Shown: one piece after another, positions 40,198 through 53,965 of the stretch | How positions within the stretch are numbered: position 1 is the first letter of the stretch | Layout: every line of letters begins with the position of its first letter | Origin: the human T2T-CHM13v2.0 reference genome, Homo sapiens | DNA: 64,000 bases | Assembly: GCF_009914755.1 (NCBI RefSeq) | Contig: NC_060925.1 | Strand: one strand, 5' to 3' | Translations under genes and position numbers: made by a program | Notes under the pieces: model-generated | Told to the model about the DNA's origin: nothing | What the model saw: the letters and a program-made list of their open reading frames with translations, nothing else | Database searches by the model: none

Positions 40198-40309
40198 TGA
40201 ATGGTTCTTAGGTGTTTTATGCATAAGAATCTTCCAGGGCATGTGTTAATATGGAGCTTGGGAGGTGGGTCCCCCAGAAAACTACAAACCACACTTTGAG
40301 AAACACTGA
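40198..40309. mobile_element. MER5-like fragment
   Basis: TGGTTCT...TGCATAAGAATC...ACCACACTTTGAGAAACACTG. Confidence 0.6.
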
Positions 40310-40429
40310 AATAAACCACTGTTTCTGAGTCTCTCCAGGGCAAAAGGCAATGGTTGACTGGTGGGTTCCAAATCTTTATAGACAAACAGAAAGTGGGTAT
40401 TTTTTTACTCATAGTTTTCTTAGTATTAG

Positions 40430-40665
40430 GGCATGTGAGTAAGAAACTGGGACATACATTCAGACCTGAACTTGAACTTCAGCTGCATCACTTGCTGTGT
40501 AACCTTGGGCTAATTCTGTAATACCCTAAGCCTCAGTTGCCTCATCTGTAAAATGGCAATTGTAACATCCACTTCATTTACCCTCCTTAATTTTCAAGGC
40601 TGTTGAGGTTAATTGAGAGCCTACCCAGAGCCTGGCATATAGCTAGCGCTCAGTGAATGTCAGGT
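40430..40665 (+). mobile_element. MIR
   Basis: GCTGTGTAACCTTGGGC...GCCTCAGTTGCCTCATCTGTAAAATGG...GCCTGGCATATAG. Confidence 0.85.
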
Positions 40666-43505
40666 GATAACAGCAGTGCTACCTGCTCTCATTCCCTAGC
40701 CCCATGTTGGTCTGTGGCTGTGGATGGTGAATCCTCATCACACAGACTTTCCCTCTGCAGAGCCCAGGGCTCCGGGGATGCATGGGGTCAGCCTTTCTCC
40801 CCCTGAGAAAGGACTGCTTGCTGAAATATTTATTCCACACCCTCCTCCCCTGCTCCCAGGAGAATGAAAAGTGTTCCACCCCCATATCCCACAAGTCCTC
40901 AGCCCATTTCTCCAGTGAGCCAGAGCTTATTGCTACTTGTCACTTCTTATCTGATCTCCAAATAACACAAAAGCAACTCCTGCCCAGTCTGAAGTCCTGA
41001 TCCCAAGTGACCTTCAGCACCTGGGTGTGAATGTGTGAGAACAGCCCAGGCAGGTGCAAGGAATCTGTATTTTCCCAGCTCTGCCTCAATCCCTGGATGG
41101 AGTCCCACCTCTATGCTGCCACCTCTGGGGACCTCACACAGCTGGGTGAATGGGGTGTCTCTCCTCCTGAGGCCTCCCTACTCCAGGAGACTGTCTGCCA
41201 TGGAGATGGCAGCACAATCTCCTGGTCTCTCTACCGAGACACATGGCACGGCTTAACACATGGCATGGTATGGCAAAGGGTCCCATGCAAACAAAGACTG
41301 GGTGCCCAGGATGATCTTCAGATAAGGGCCCAGGAGCTGTGTTTTCTCAGGGCTTCTCAGCTTCAAGTGGAGAGGGGATATGCTGGATTGAGAGCAAGGG
41401 GTCCCACCATCAGAATATGACTCCACCTTTCCCTATCCTGTTCCCCCCAGATACCAGCCCTCAGGTTTCTTTCTTGACAGTCACATCTGGCCTCTCCAGG
41501 AGACCAATCTTTCTTTGCGATTCTTTGCTCCCTCTCTGAAGTGCATTTCCCTCCCCTCCCCTCCCGTTTGCCATCCATGGTGACCTTGGCATGTCTGCCA
41601 ACACTCAACATTGTGAGGCTTTATAAACCTCATATCTCAGAAGGGACTGACATTACATTACAAGAGGATCTGTAAACCTCCCCGGGATGACTGATGTCTT
41701 TTTTAAACAACAGACCAAGACTTCATTTAAATTAGTAACATGGAGATTAGAGGCACTCTCTCAGCCCCTGGCTCGGCCACACCGCAACGCTGGGAATATC
41801 AGTCATATGAAAGCTGTGAAGTTTGAGATGGAAATAAATCTGGGAGCCTGTAAAAACTGTCAGCAGGTCAGGGAAGTTTATGAACTCTTGCTGTATCTAA
41901 TCATAAATCATCAGAATAAGCTAAAACTGAGAAGAAAAATGTCCTCTTTTGTAATCTAATGCTGTCTGTTAGGGCAATAAAACTTAAATGAAATGCATGC
42001 ATTGCAATTTTTAGCTGATACTTTACATTATTAGCAAAGTGAAGAAAGAGACTCCAACTTAAAAGAGTGAGACAGATGAGGAGAAGGGCACCATCCTTCT
42101 AAAGCTCCAGGCTCTTCATCCTCTGGCTTTGTGATCTTTCCTCCCCTCCCACCTCCTTTGGCCTCAAAACAAGGAAGTAGGTGATATGGATCCCAGGGAC
42201 TTTGGTGCTAAGTGACAGGCAGTGAGTGTGTCCTGGGGGTGACCCTGAGATTGGTCACATGGTCCAGTCTCTGCTCCCAGCAGGGGTTCCCACACTGGCC
42301 TTATTGACCCACTTCACATTCCCACACTTTTGGGCTGTAGAAGAAGGAAGGTGTGTGCCAGCCAGGCTCAGGTCTCCAAGCTTTCTTGTTCTCGTTAGCC
42401 TGGTCATGTGCCCTAATCCCCCACGCAAGTCACCTTTGGGGGTGACTCACTTCCAAGTGAGGGTTTTTGGAGACTCCTCTGTATCCCTGGAAACCTTCAG
42501 CAATAACTCATCTATTCCGCACCTTTCACCCATGATCTGCAATGTTTGATGTTGAGGTTTACATTTTACCTTTATGCTTTCCAGGACCTGCCCAGGGATT
42601 GACAGAGCCCGAAGCAGGCATGGAAGTTGGGTGAGGAACAGGGTTGTTTCATCTGTGTCCACTATTTATTGAGTGCTAGATCTGCGGTGGGGGCCAGAGA
42701 CCCAAAGGGAAACAAATCAATGCTCTATCAAGGGTGGGGATAGAGGGGAAGGCAGGGCAGCCCTATATTTCTGCCTTAAAAACCAATGGTGGCATCCAGC
42801 TTGCTGTAGCCTCTTGTTGGTCTTTCTAAACACTGGGAAAGTATGAAAGGCTGGAGATGGAGTGGGGCAAGAGGCACAGAGATGCCTGGGAAGATACCTT
42901 CAAGAAGATGAAGGGTTTTCATTGGGTAGATGGTGAGCTGCTATCATCCATATCTGCAGATAACTCTCCAAGAGGAATGGGCCTAACCTAATGCTTTGGA
43001 TATTGTAGGCATTGGAGTGTTTGATACATAAAAAATGAAATAATTAAATGGATTTAAGGTAAAGCAGCTGAGATTTTGATTAGCTCCAGAGTAAACTTCC
43101 TAATTTTTGAGATATTCAAACATTGGAATAAGGGGACCCAGGGAGCCTGAGAATATTATCCCTGAAGATCATCCAGAAAATATTAAATGACCATTTGCAC
43201 GGGATTCGACATCCTCCTGCAAGAAGGCAAAATTCTGAGCCAGCAAATCTCTAGAAATCCCACTGAGTGTTATCTCCCCACCCTCAACTCAGCCAAATTG
43301 GAGGGTAGAAAATCCTTCTCCAACCACATGGTGTCTTTGTCCAATCCTGTTGCTGTAACAAAATACTTAAGTGTGGGTTTAGAAACAATAGAAATTTATT
43401 GTTCACAGTTTTGGAGGCTGGGAAGTCCAAGATCAAGGCACTGGTGGATTTGGCATCTGCTGAGGGCCTGTTCCTCATAGATGGCCCTTTGTCTTCACGT
43501 GGTAG

Positions 43506-43664
<159 letters not shown>

Positions 43665-43745
43665 CAGGCCTCTTTTATCACGGCACTAATCCCACTCATG
43701 AGAGTAGAGTCCTCATGACCTAATCACCCCCTAAAACCTCTGTCT

Positions 43746-44046
43746 TTTTTTTTTTTTTTTGAGATGGAGTCTCACTTGTTGCCCAGGCTGGAGTGCAGTG
43801 GCGCAATCTCAGCTCACTGCACTCCAAGCTATGCCTCCTGGGTTCACACCATTTTCCTGCCTCAGCCTCCTGAGTGGCTGGGATTACAGGTGCCCACCAC
43901 CACACCCAGCTAATTTTTTTGTATTTTTAGTCGAGACGGGGTTTCACTATGTTAGCCAGGATGGTCTTGATCTCCTGACCTTGTGATCTGCCCTCCTCAG
44001 CCTCCCAAAGTGGTGGGATTACAGGCGTGAGACACCATGCCCGGCC
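43746..44046 (-). mobile_element. AluY/Sc8-like
   Basis: GGGTTCACACCATT, GTTAGCCAGGATGGTC. TSD TCTGTCT. Confidence 0.93.
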
Positions 44047-44811
44047 TCTGTCTCTTAATACTATTGCATTGGATCTTAGGTTACAACATATGAATTTTGG
44101 GGTACATAACATTGAGACAATAGCAAGGGGTGACATCTCCCATGCACCTGCCCCACAAAGCGTCATCCTCCTGGGCTCTAGTCACTAACGCTGTGTCTTC
44201 TCTTTCTTCCAATGGAAATAAAGGGCAGGTCCCTCTGCAGGAGGTGCATTAGCCTTGGCTTGGGGTAGGGGTCAGCATGGCAAGTGATAATCTCCACTAG
44301 CGCTCTCACTGGAATGACACACGTGAACCTTGTAAAGGCTGAACATCTCAGAGCAGGCACCCAAAAGTAAACCAAATGAGAGGGAGATTCAGAGGCAGAC
44401 AGTGTTCTTACAGATCTCTCAGGAGCATGGAGAAGCAGCTCCTGGTATAGCAGCCCTATTTTGGCCTCTTAGAGCAGAGGAGAGAGGCAGTGGAAGGCCT
44501 AAGCAGGGGCTTAGTGCTCTGGACCCCCTCCCTGGTGAGTCACCTGAGGGCTCTGAGGAGGCCTGGGATCCCTGAACCACACTCCCATGCACTTGCTTAG
44601 CTCTAGATGTTTCTTTTAGGCAGCATGTGCATCAGAAGAGAAAACCCAAAGGGAAATTTGTCATTATGGCTGTGTCTCCTTCTATTAACTGCCACATGTA
44701 AGTTTTTACTTTAGCTTGTTGATGGACCTAGGAAGAAGGTTGGTCAGTCAAGGACTCTTCTCCTACTTCTATAAGTGGGGAAACAAAGACCTTGCTTAAG
44801 AATGGCTCTAG

Positions 44812-45106
<295 letters not shown>

Positions 45107-45376
45107 TAGAATGGCTCATCAGTGGCATAATCATGCCTGAAATCCAGGTCTCTTTGCCCTCAGATCATCATGTTTCCCATACATTGTACCACCCATTAAC
45201 CTTCTAAGATCCTGTTGGTCATACAGGATCAGAGAATAACTGTGAACTGAAGAACAGGAATTGGTCCTGCTCCCCAGAGGCTGAGAGTTATCAGGCAATG
45301 GGCTGAAAGATGGGCAGTAAGATGGAATTCACATATATTTTTTGTGGGCATGTGTTTTCTTGTGACAAAAGGTAGT

Positions 45377-45378
<2 letters not shown>

Positions 45379-45420
<42 letters not shown>
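45379..45420. repeat. (TG)21 microsatellite
   Basis: Perfect dinucleotide run. Confidence 0.97.
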
Positions 45421-45422
<2 letters not shown>

Positions 45423-45848
45423 TGGAGCAGCAATGAGGGGGAGAAGATAACATTACAAAATGTAAATTTTTGTGACGAATTAGAAAAACTTCTAGGACCT
45501 TCTTGATTTGCTAAGACTGTTTGCCATACATATTACTTATGTTAACCAATATTGTATTTCCTGGGGATAGAAAAGAAAAATTGGTGCTTTACGTCTAGGG
45601 AATGTAAAATATAGAAGAGCAATCTGTTTATGCAGGTGGGGGTTAAATCTTCTGCTAGCAGGTAGCATCCTGTTGTCAGAAATCCTCTCTTCCAAGGAAA
45701 GGTGACTAAAAGTAGGCCACATTTACTCTTGAGGAGTGGGAGGAAGAGAAGGAGGTCCTGGATGAAGGTGGAAGCCATCAGAGAGACTGAAGAAATTCAG
45801 CGTCTGAAAATTAAGGGGCAGGGGAATTTCAAGAAGGAAAGGTCAGCG

Positions 45849-46276
45849 TGTTGAAGGTTGAATTTTCTGGGAAGCAGATCTCAAAATGGAGAGATTTTTG
45901 GGATCACCACCAGTAGAAGAGACGGGACAGAAGTGGTTTTGGCTGAGGGAGACAGTAAGCTGCGAGGCAATCTCAGCTGAGGCCTCAGAGGACATGTGGG
46001 AGCTCAGAAGCTGGGATGAGCCTTCTGAGATGTCCTGAGTTGGGGTGAAGGGACTGAGCATTTATATTCCCACGCTGATCAGTCATTCAAAGTGAGCTGC
46101 TCTAGAAAGGAGGTCATGACCATGGGTGAGGTCACTCTCATCAGCGGAGGCCATTTCCAGAGAGGACTAACATCCTAGGACTGCCTGTTGGCAGTGCTCC
46201 GGCAGCCGGGTGGTGGTGGCGGCGAGTCCTTCATTCCTAAAGTGGAATCTGGGCAGTCCATTACAGTGTCCACACA
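45849..46276 (-). mobile_element. LTR16(C)-like ERVL 3' LTR
   Basis: TGGGAAGCAGA...GATCAGTCATT...TTCATTCCTAAAGTGGAATCTGGGCAG...CCACACA. Homologous to 47065-47550. Confidence 0.78.
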
Positions 46277-47064
46277 GTCTACTCCTTCTGTCCTCAGAGC
46301 CACTTCTTTATATATCTCCTGGCAGTATCCTTCAGGATCCAAAGAGCTTCTCTTCCTGAGCAAAACTTGGAAGAGGAAAGTTAGTGGGATAAACTGCAGC
46401 CCCCACCACCGCAGCTAGTCTCGGGACCATAACTGATGCTTCTCCTCTCCCCTGCATCCCTTCCCCATGAGCTGGCACTTCTGCTAGTCTTGCTGGCTTA
46501 CCCGATGCCATGACCAAACCCTCATCCCTGAGGTCTGGGCCACCGGGCACGATGCCTTTCTCAGGTGAGGTCTGCTGCACTGGTCCATTTACTGTGGAAA
46601 CTGGGTGAGAAAGAACCGAGAGATGCCCAAGCACATCACCTGTGTGCTGAGCATATTCTTCTCTGCCCCTACTCTGCAACAGCAGCCTTACTACCTCCTG
46701 AAGGCCAGGGTCAATTCCCCATGCCAAGATGGTGACTTCTCTTCTTGATTGCTTATCTTTGCACACAAAACCCCCGAAGTTTACTCACACTCTATCTTTT
46801 GTTATCTTTTTTCAAAGCCTCCACTGAAATTCCCAACAGCCACTAAATTCCATTCTCCTTCTGTTTCCCACCATGTTTCTCGGTTACCTGATACCCTACC
46901 CCAGCTAGTGCATGCCCCTCCAGCAGCACATTATCCCACTTCACCAAGTGGAGGGTTGTAACAATGGCACTGCAGCCTTGTGCCAGGGGCGGTCTGTGCT
47001 TTGCCCCCTCACCAGGGATGGAGTCCCTGTTGCCAGCCTGATGATGGTAGATCTGGCTCCAACT
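46277..47064 (-). mobile_element. ERV-L (HERV16/ERV3-16A3-like) internal remnant
   Basis: Purine-rich CAGAAGGAGTAGAC next to the 3' LTR. PBS-like AGTTGGAGCCAGA next to the 5' LTR. dUTPase-like frame between them. Confidence 0.75.
46440..46766 (-). pseudogene. ERV-L pol 3' end / dUTPase-like remnant
   Basis: VTILAWGIDPGLQEVVRLLLQSRGREEY...GDVLGHLSVL..PV..VNG resembles ERV-L dUTPase motifs 3-4 (GVIDPDY..EI.LLL.N...GD.LG.L) and the downstream KP.R.AEV segment. Confidence 0.75.
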
Positions 47065-47550
47065 TCTCACTTCTTAAACTTACAGTCACACTGGGGCCCC
47101 TGGGTAGCAGATTCTGAGATGGACATTATAAAGAGGAAGTTTATTAGGGGGGTGCTTTTGGGAGCAATACCCAGTAAGGGAGGTTAATGAAACAGGTCTA
47201 GGGAGAGGGAGAAGTTGGACTGTTCTAGAATTACAACTGAGGCTTCAGTGGAACCTGTGGGGAACTCCAAAGCCAGTGCCCCTTCACACCTTTCCTGAGT
47301 TGGGACAAGAGGTGTTAAGGCTTCTTACCTGTGTCAATCAGTTAGTCACATCTTGGGATGTGTCTGCCCCAGGAAGGGAGCATGACCTTGGGACAGGTGG
47401 CTTTCCAAGGTGTCTTCAGCTTAGACAATTTCCAAAGGGGGTTAAGAGCTAAGGTTTGTCTGCAGGAAATATTGCCAATAGCCTGGGGAGGTAAAGACCT
47501 TCATTCCTGAGGGGGAAGCTGGGCAGTACTGCACAACTGATTCCCATGGT
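47065..47550 (-). mobile_element. LTR16(C)-like ERVL 5' LTR
   Basis: TGGGTAGCAGATTCTGAGATGGA...TTTATTAGG...CATGACCTTGGG...TTCATTCCTGAGGGGGAAGCTGGGCAG. Confidence 0.75.
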
Positions 47551-47769
47551 ATGAAATAATCAAAGACAATGAAGATTGAAATAAGTTGTTGGATTTGGTA
47601 TTCAAAAACCCTAATGGCTTTGAGTTACTGGGTGGAAGGAAATGATCAAAGAGGAATGTGAAAAAGAAAAAAGAGAAAATGATGAGTTTTAGCTGCTTTT
47701 TTTGTCAAAGATTTAATAGAAATTGAGGAAGAAATAAAAATTAAATGGAAAGCATTAAAAATCAGAGTT

Positions 47770-48057
47770 GAAAACTGGTAGGATAAATATATCCAGCAGT
47801 CTTATTTTGTCTGTACAGTTTTAATAATTTAAAAATTTTATTAAAATGTTTGAATATCTAGCTTTTCTTGAAAAATCAGGGGTTCAGATGACACTGGCCT
47901 GTAGTCTTGTGAGGCAACAATGACTGGAGCTGAGTACTTTTGCCCTTTCTAGGGGTAGCAGGTGCTCTCCAGTTGGCCACAGGACCCACCCTTCTCCGTT
48001 GTACCTTATTCATGTACCACTTGTGGAATCTCTGTAGAGACTTAAATTTGTAACCAC
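47770..48057 (-). mobile_element. MER102-type hAT transposon
   Basis: CTTTTCTTGAAAAATCAG...ACACTGG...GCAACAATGACTGGAGCTGAGTA...TGCTCTCCAGTTGGCCACAG. Confidence 0.75.
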
Positions 48058-48149
48058 TTTTTTAGCTGTTTTGTGAATTGTGATATTAATTTAATGCCCA
48101 CTTAATGTTTTGGGTTTACCAACCATGAGAGTTACATGGGATTTTATAT

Positions 48150-48870
48150 TAATTAATGGATTTTAAATATTAATTAAGAGTTTCTGTTGTGCTAGGCCTT
48201 TAGGTCCTGAGATACAGTAGTGGACAAGAGGGGCAAGCTTTGTGCTTATATTCTAGTGGGAAGCAGACATTGACAAGCCAATCGATTAATGAACAAGATA
48301 ATTTCAAACGGCTGTAAGAAAAGATAAACAAAAGATCAACAAAGTTGTAATAACAGATGAAGAAAAGAAACAAGGAGCTGTGACAGAGTGCAAGCCAGGG
48401 GTTAGGAGTGGGAGTGGATGCTAATGGAAATCAAGGAGGCCTCACATATGATAAGAAGAAACCAACCAAGCAAGGATCCAGGGTGGGGCTGAGCATTACA
48501 AATAGAGTGTTCAGCAATGGCACTGGTGTTGAGGTGGGCAGGGACTCGAGATGCTCAAACAGCAGAAGAAAGACTGGTGTGGTGGGGCACAGCGAGGTGG
48601 AAGGTGACAGAGTCAGAGAGGCAGGCAGGGCCCACTCAGGAGAGCTTTACAGGCCAGGCTGAGAAATTTGAATTTCAATGAAAAAAAAAAACAACAGTAG
48701 GTTTTTAGGATTTTAGATGGGGAGATAGATGATCTGATTTGTATTTTAAATAAGGTCACTGGCTGCTTGCTGTGTTGAGGGTGGATTTTCAAAGTGGCCA
48801 GGAGTGGAAGCAGGGAGACCAATTAGGAGGCTACTGCAATAGTCCAGGCCAGGGGAAAATGGCTCATAAA
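48150..48870 (-). mobile_element. L2 fragment
   Basis: CTTATATTCTAGTGGG...GGTCACTGGCTGCT...GTGGAAGCAGGGAGACCAATTAGGAGGCTACTGCAATAGTCCAGG. Confidence 0.8.
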
Positions 48871-49210
48871 GTCAAGGATATTCCCCTGGAAGGGGTTACT
48901 AATCAAGCAACACACACATACACCCACACTTAGCAAATACACATAAAAGTAGTTCAGATTGCACACAACAGAGCCCTGGGCACACAAGGTTGGAGGCAAT
49001 GATAGGTCCTAAACAGTGAACTGTCAGGAAGGGCTTTAGGGAGGAGGTGAATTTGGAGTTAAAGGAAGCAATGGAAGGGACCTGAAAGAGGAGGGGAAGG
49101 CATTCGTGGTAAAGGGAAAGATACGAGCGAAGGTCTGTGGTAGGAAGGAGAGGAGGAGAGTTTGTTGTAGGTGGGGTGGGAGGCATGTGGCGAGTGGAGG
49201 AAGTCAGTAG

Positions 49211-49942
<732 letters not shown>

Positions 49943-51193
49943 CAAGGTGAGGGGCTCCTATAATTTCTCCTCTGACAATTTGAAACTGACTTTTAATCAA
50001 GGCCCTCAAGTAGTGATTATTTGTACCACCTCAATCTTCATAATAATAACAAAATCCATTAATTAATCACCTCCTATAATACTGTTGGTTAACATTTATA
50101 TAGTACTTACCATATGCTGAATGCTGTTCTAAGTCCTCTACGTATCTACACATGTAATCTTCAAAACAAGATGCAGACCCATTAGGGCATGGAGTCTGCT
50201 GTGGTAGACTGAACTGGGTGCTCTATTCCTAGTTGGGAGGGCCAGGCAGAGCCAGGGACAAGACACTGGGAGACAGAGACAGTGCCAGCACAGGAAGTGA
50301 GTGGAGGGTGGAGAGGATGTCAAAGTGAAGCCCATCCTGCTTGGAAAAGTGGCCTGGGGCTAGATTTTGTTGAAAAAAATCTTGGCCTTCGTGGCACTGG
50401 GGGTTGGGAGAGAGGTGGGTGGAGGCATACATCAGAAACATCAAATAGGAGGAGGAAGAGTGCCGTTCCAGAACAATACTTCTTTATTTCCCATCTTAAG
50501 CTGTGAAAAGAAAAATTTCCTGTTTATTAAAATAAAACTGGACACCACTCGGGGACTGCAATGACACCCACAAACACTAGTTCCAGACTCTTCCTCTTCT
50601 TTGTGTTGACTTTCAAGGTAAACGCCACCATTATCTGTATTATTCACAATGACACCAATGTATACATGTGGCCTCACAGACCCAGACACAGGCTCATGGG
50701 TCAAATAACTTCTTTTCCTTTCCAGCTGAAATTTCCACCTCCAACCATTATACCTCAGAATGAATGACCCATGTTGGGTTAATGACAGTGATTTCCTCTT
50801 GTAGCCTCCCAAACATAGTGGATACTTGCTCTCCAGTCCCTACCAGAGCATCAGGGCAGAGGAAAAGGTGATGAAACAGCCTCTTGTCCATTTCTTCTCA
50901 TTGTTGTGGTGAGAGGACATTCCAACCACGTTTCCTTTGCAAAGGGCAGGCAGGAGAAAGAAGCAGACAGGCACACAGGTGTCCCCTTCCTGACCACGGA
51001 TGGCTGGGACGCAAACCATCAGTTCCCCTCCAGGTCTCCTCAGCTGCTTTTGGAAGACAGTGGTTTTGCTGGACCAGCCCAGCAATTCGTGCCTTGTTTA
51101 GGACATCATGGCAGCAGCTCTGCTAACTTTTTGCAGGATGCCTTTACCAGGGGAATCATAGTGAAGCTAGTGTTCAACAGAGTGCTTATAATT

Positions 51194-51275
51194 TGACATT
51201 GAACTGTGTGGCATTCTCAAAATTCAGCTAATTTTGATCTACCAAAATGATAATTTCATAGGTTTTAACTTAACA
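51194..51275. mobile_element. MADE2 (mariner MITE), degenerate
   Basis: TTGAACTGTGTG...ATTTTGATCTACCAAAATGATAATTTCATAGGTTTTAACTTAA resembles the MADE2 consensus. Confidence 0.6.
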
Positions 51276-53460
51276 ATGTCTGAAACTATGTGAGCCTTAG
51301 CCTAGTGGGGCTCCCACATTTTAGTGATCCCTGAAGAATCACTAAACGTGGCAGAATGCCCAGTTCCCAAGAATTTTGTTATATTGGGGATTTTTTTTTC
51401 GCTGTTGTGTTTTGTTTTATTTAGTTTTTAAATACCAGAACAAAAAGTAGAAGTGAAGAGAGAAAAAGACATGGAAAAATAATTGTAGAATGTAAATTAG
51501 TTTTAAATGGCAGGTAGCTTAAGATTGCCTGAGTTATGAAAATGACAGGAAGTGACAAAGGATCACTTGATTAGAGGAGGAAGGCAGTATCACAAAGTAA
51601 ACCGAAAAGACTTGCCCATTAAGACAGGCTATGAAGATGGGATGAAGGGCTTAGGGATAAAGAATTTTCTGTCCCTCTTTGGTCATGCTCTGGAGTGATA
51701 CCTTGGGGCTATGCCATGAGCTGATAGGAGTCAACGCGAGTGGCTTTGCTGCCTCCTGGTTCCCTGTCTCCTTCAACTCCTTTCTTCCAGTAATCCAGTA
51801 AAAGGTGGTTGTCCTCCCTCTATTATAAAGGGTTTTCTCCACCAGCCAAGTAAATGAGGTCCAGTTGAAGAAGACAAGGCAGCACAATAGAAGACAGTAA
51901 GACCAGCCACCAAAAGCACTGGTTTTACATGGATTTGACTTTGATGGAATGAAGGGTCAGCTTTTCACTATCAACTTGTGTCCACTTTGTCAGGAAGGGC
52001 CCCCTTGGGTGAGAGAACCCTGCTGCGCAGTAAGTGGGCTCCTGGTTTGAGCCCACCACTCCTGGTTTGATCTTTTCAATTATTTTGGCTGTTTCTTAGC
52101 ACTGATAACTGACAGCTGGTCATAAAACTTTACTTTTGAAGAATCCTAATACTTACATTATTTTCCTCTCATTTGGCTTTATAACTTTCATTTTCTTGGC
52201 TCTGTTCATTATTTACTTCTCAAATCCAGCACTATGCCAAGAGTAGAAATACATTTTTTGCCCTTGTGAAGTCAAATACTGAGATACATATCGAGTAAAA
52301 CAACAGAGAATTATTAATTGCTTTACGTATTCAGAGTCTGTTTGTACCCTACCTCTGTGAGCCAGGGTGGCCATGTGGACGGAGTCACTGTGACTGTGGC
52401 TGGACAGAGACATTTCTCGAAGGGCAGCCAAAGCCACTGTCAGCATAGACAGTTCAAAACCAAGCGACTGATTCTGAGGCTAGACTGTGCGCCAAGGAGG
52501 ATGGCATACATACCCGAACAAGAGAATGGAAGTATGTTGGTTATTTTTTTCCTTACTATGTGGATGTTCAAATTTTTATAATTAGATCTGTTGTTCCTTT
52601 GTGGTTTCTTTCATTGCTTTTAGGTTTAAAGGGTTCTTTCCCATTCATATATTTAGAAAACAGGTACATATCCACCTATACTTTATTCTGGTTAAGAAAA
52701 TGTTAAGCTGATATTTGCATGTTTAAGGGATATCCTTGCACAACCATGGAGAAATGCAGGTTGGTGTGCAGGGGCGAGGCGAGCGCAGGGTCATGGGTTT
52801 GGGCCATGTCCGCCAGTCTAGGAGTGAGTGAAGTGGGGCCATGGGCTACATCCCAGAGCGAGACTCTTTCAGGGAATACAGAGAAGGTGATGTGAAGAAG
52901 GAAACAGAGTGTAGCCAGGCAAGAGGACCTGGGAAGAACATCCTAGAAACAGGGAAGGGTGGATTTGACAAGAGAGGAATAAATCTCCATGCTTAGGTTC
53001 AGCAGGACGATCCATGGCAGATATTCCTTGGGAAAGGAAGGGGAAACCGAAGATCAGAGAGGCTTCATGACTAAGTCACTCAGAGCCTCAGTGGCAATTT
53101 AGGTCCACTTCTCAGTGACAGAGGCGGCTCTGGCTTCTAAACGCTTTAGGAGTCCACGGGTCTGTGTCACCTGGCCTTGCAGAATACCAAGAAACCCAGA
53201 GCTGCTCTGAATGAAGGACCCACTTATTTTGTTGTTGTTAGGAAAGATACTCATAGAACAATGTAGTAAATAAGCAATGTAAAAAGTCAAGGGCAGAGCA
53301 GGACTAGGGTCAGGCAAATGTGGTACCCAGGGTAGAGTGTTTAAAGAGGCACTTGCCTGACTCAGAGTGAGCGGCTCCTGGAGAAGTCTCCTTTCAATCT
53401 CAGGGTTGTTTGAAAAAAAGAAACAAAAAACAAAACAGAGTGATGACTTGTCTCGAGGTA

Positions 53461-53507
53461 TTAGGTTGACGCAAAAGTAATTGTGGGTTTTGCCATTGCA
53501 AGTAATG
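53461..53507. mobile_element. Partial MADE1 (solo Hsmar1-type TIR)
   Basis: TA followed by TTAGGTTGACGCAAAAGTAATTGTGGGTTTTGCCATTGCAAGTAATG. Confidence 0.88.
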
Positions 53508-53829
53508 TAAATACATAAAAGGAAAAAGCCCCACAACTTGTAGAAACACAATCTCACCAGCCCCAGGAGAATAACCATGTGAGAAAGCATATCTTTGTCC
53601 TTCAGAGCTGCAGATATTGCCATGACTCCTCTTTTGTATTTTCTAGAAGTGGTAAGAGAAGCTGTTGAAGAAGTCACACTCTCCAACAGCACATAAGTAG
53701 GAAATCACTAGCTAGTTAAAAGAGTACACAACCTTGCATGTACAAATAGAATTTCTTTCTGTGCAAAGTCGCTCAGCCCATCCAAAAATTGAACCTGTTT
53801 TTAACTCATCTATCCAGGATGTTAAACAA

Positions 53830-53965
53830 TCTAGAGTTATATCTGAGTTCCAATCCCAGCTCTGCTTATCTATGTGACCTGGGAAAAGTTACTTCCTCTC
53901 TTTGGGGCCTCAGTTTTCCTGTCTATACAATGGGTCCATTGGACTGAATGATCTTCAGAATCCCA
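53830..53965 (+). mobile_element. MIR/MIR3
   Basis: CTGAGTTCCAATCCCAGCTCTG...GTGACCTGGGAAAAGTTACTT...GGCCTCAGTTTTCCTGTCTAT. Confidence 0.8.

Noticed and set aside
52039-52070. 12-bp direct repeat CTCCTGGTTTGA (similarly CAGGTTGGGC twice at 10121 and GCTATAACTAT twice at about 25773)
   Set aside because: Ordinary micro-duplications with no further structure.
52770-52865. Possible CpG island or promoter
   Set aside because: Only a handful of CpGs over less than 100 bp, far below island size.
53099-53692. Longest ORF in the window (197 aa, minus strand)
   Set aside because: No recognisable domain, and it runs through a MADE1 remnant and a low-complexity A/T tract; consistent with chance.
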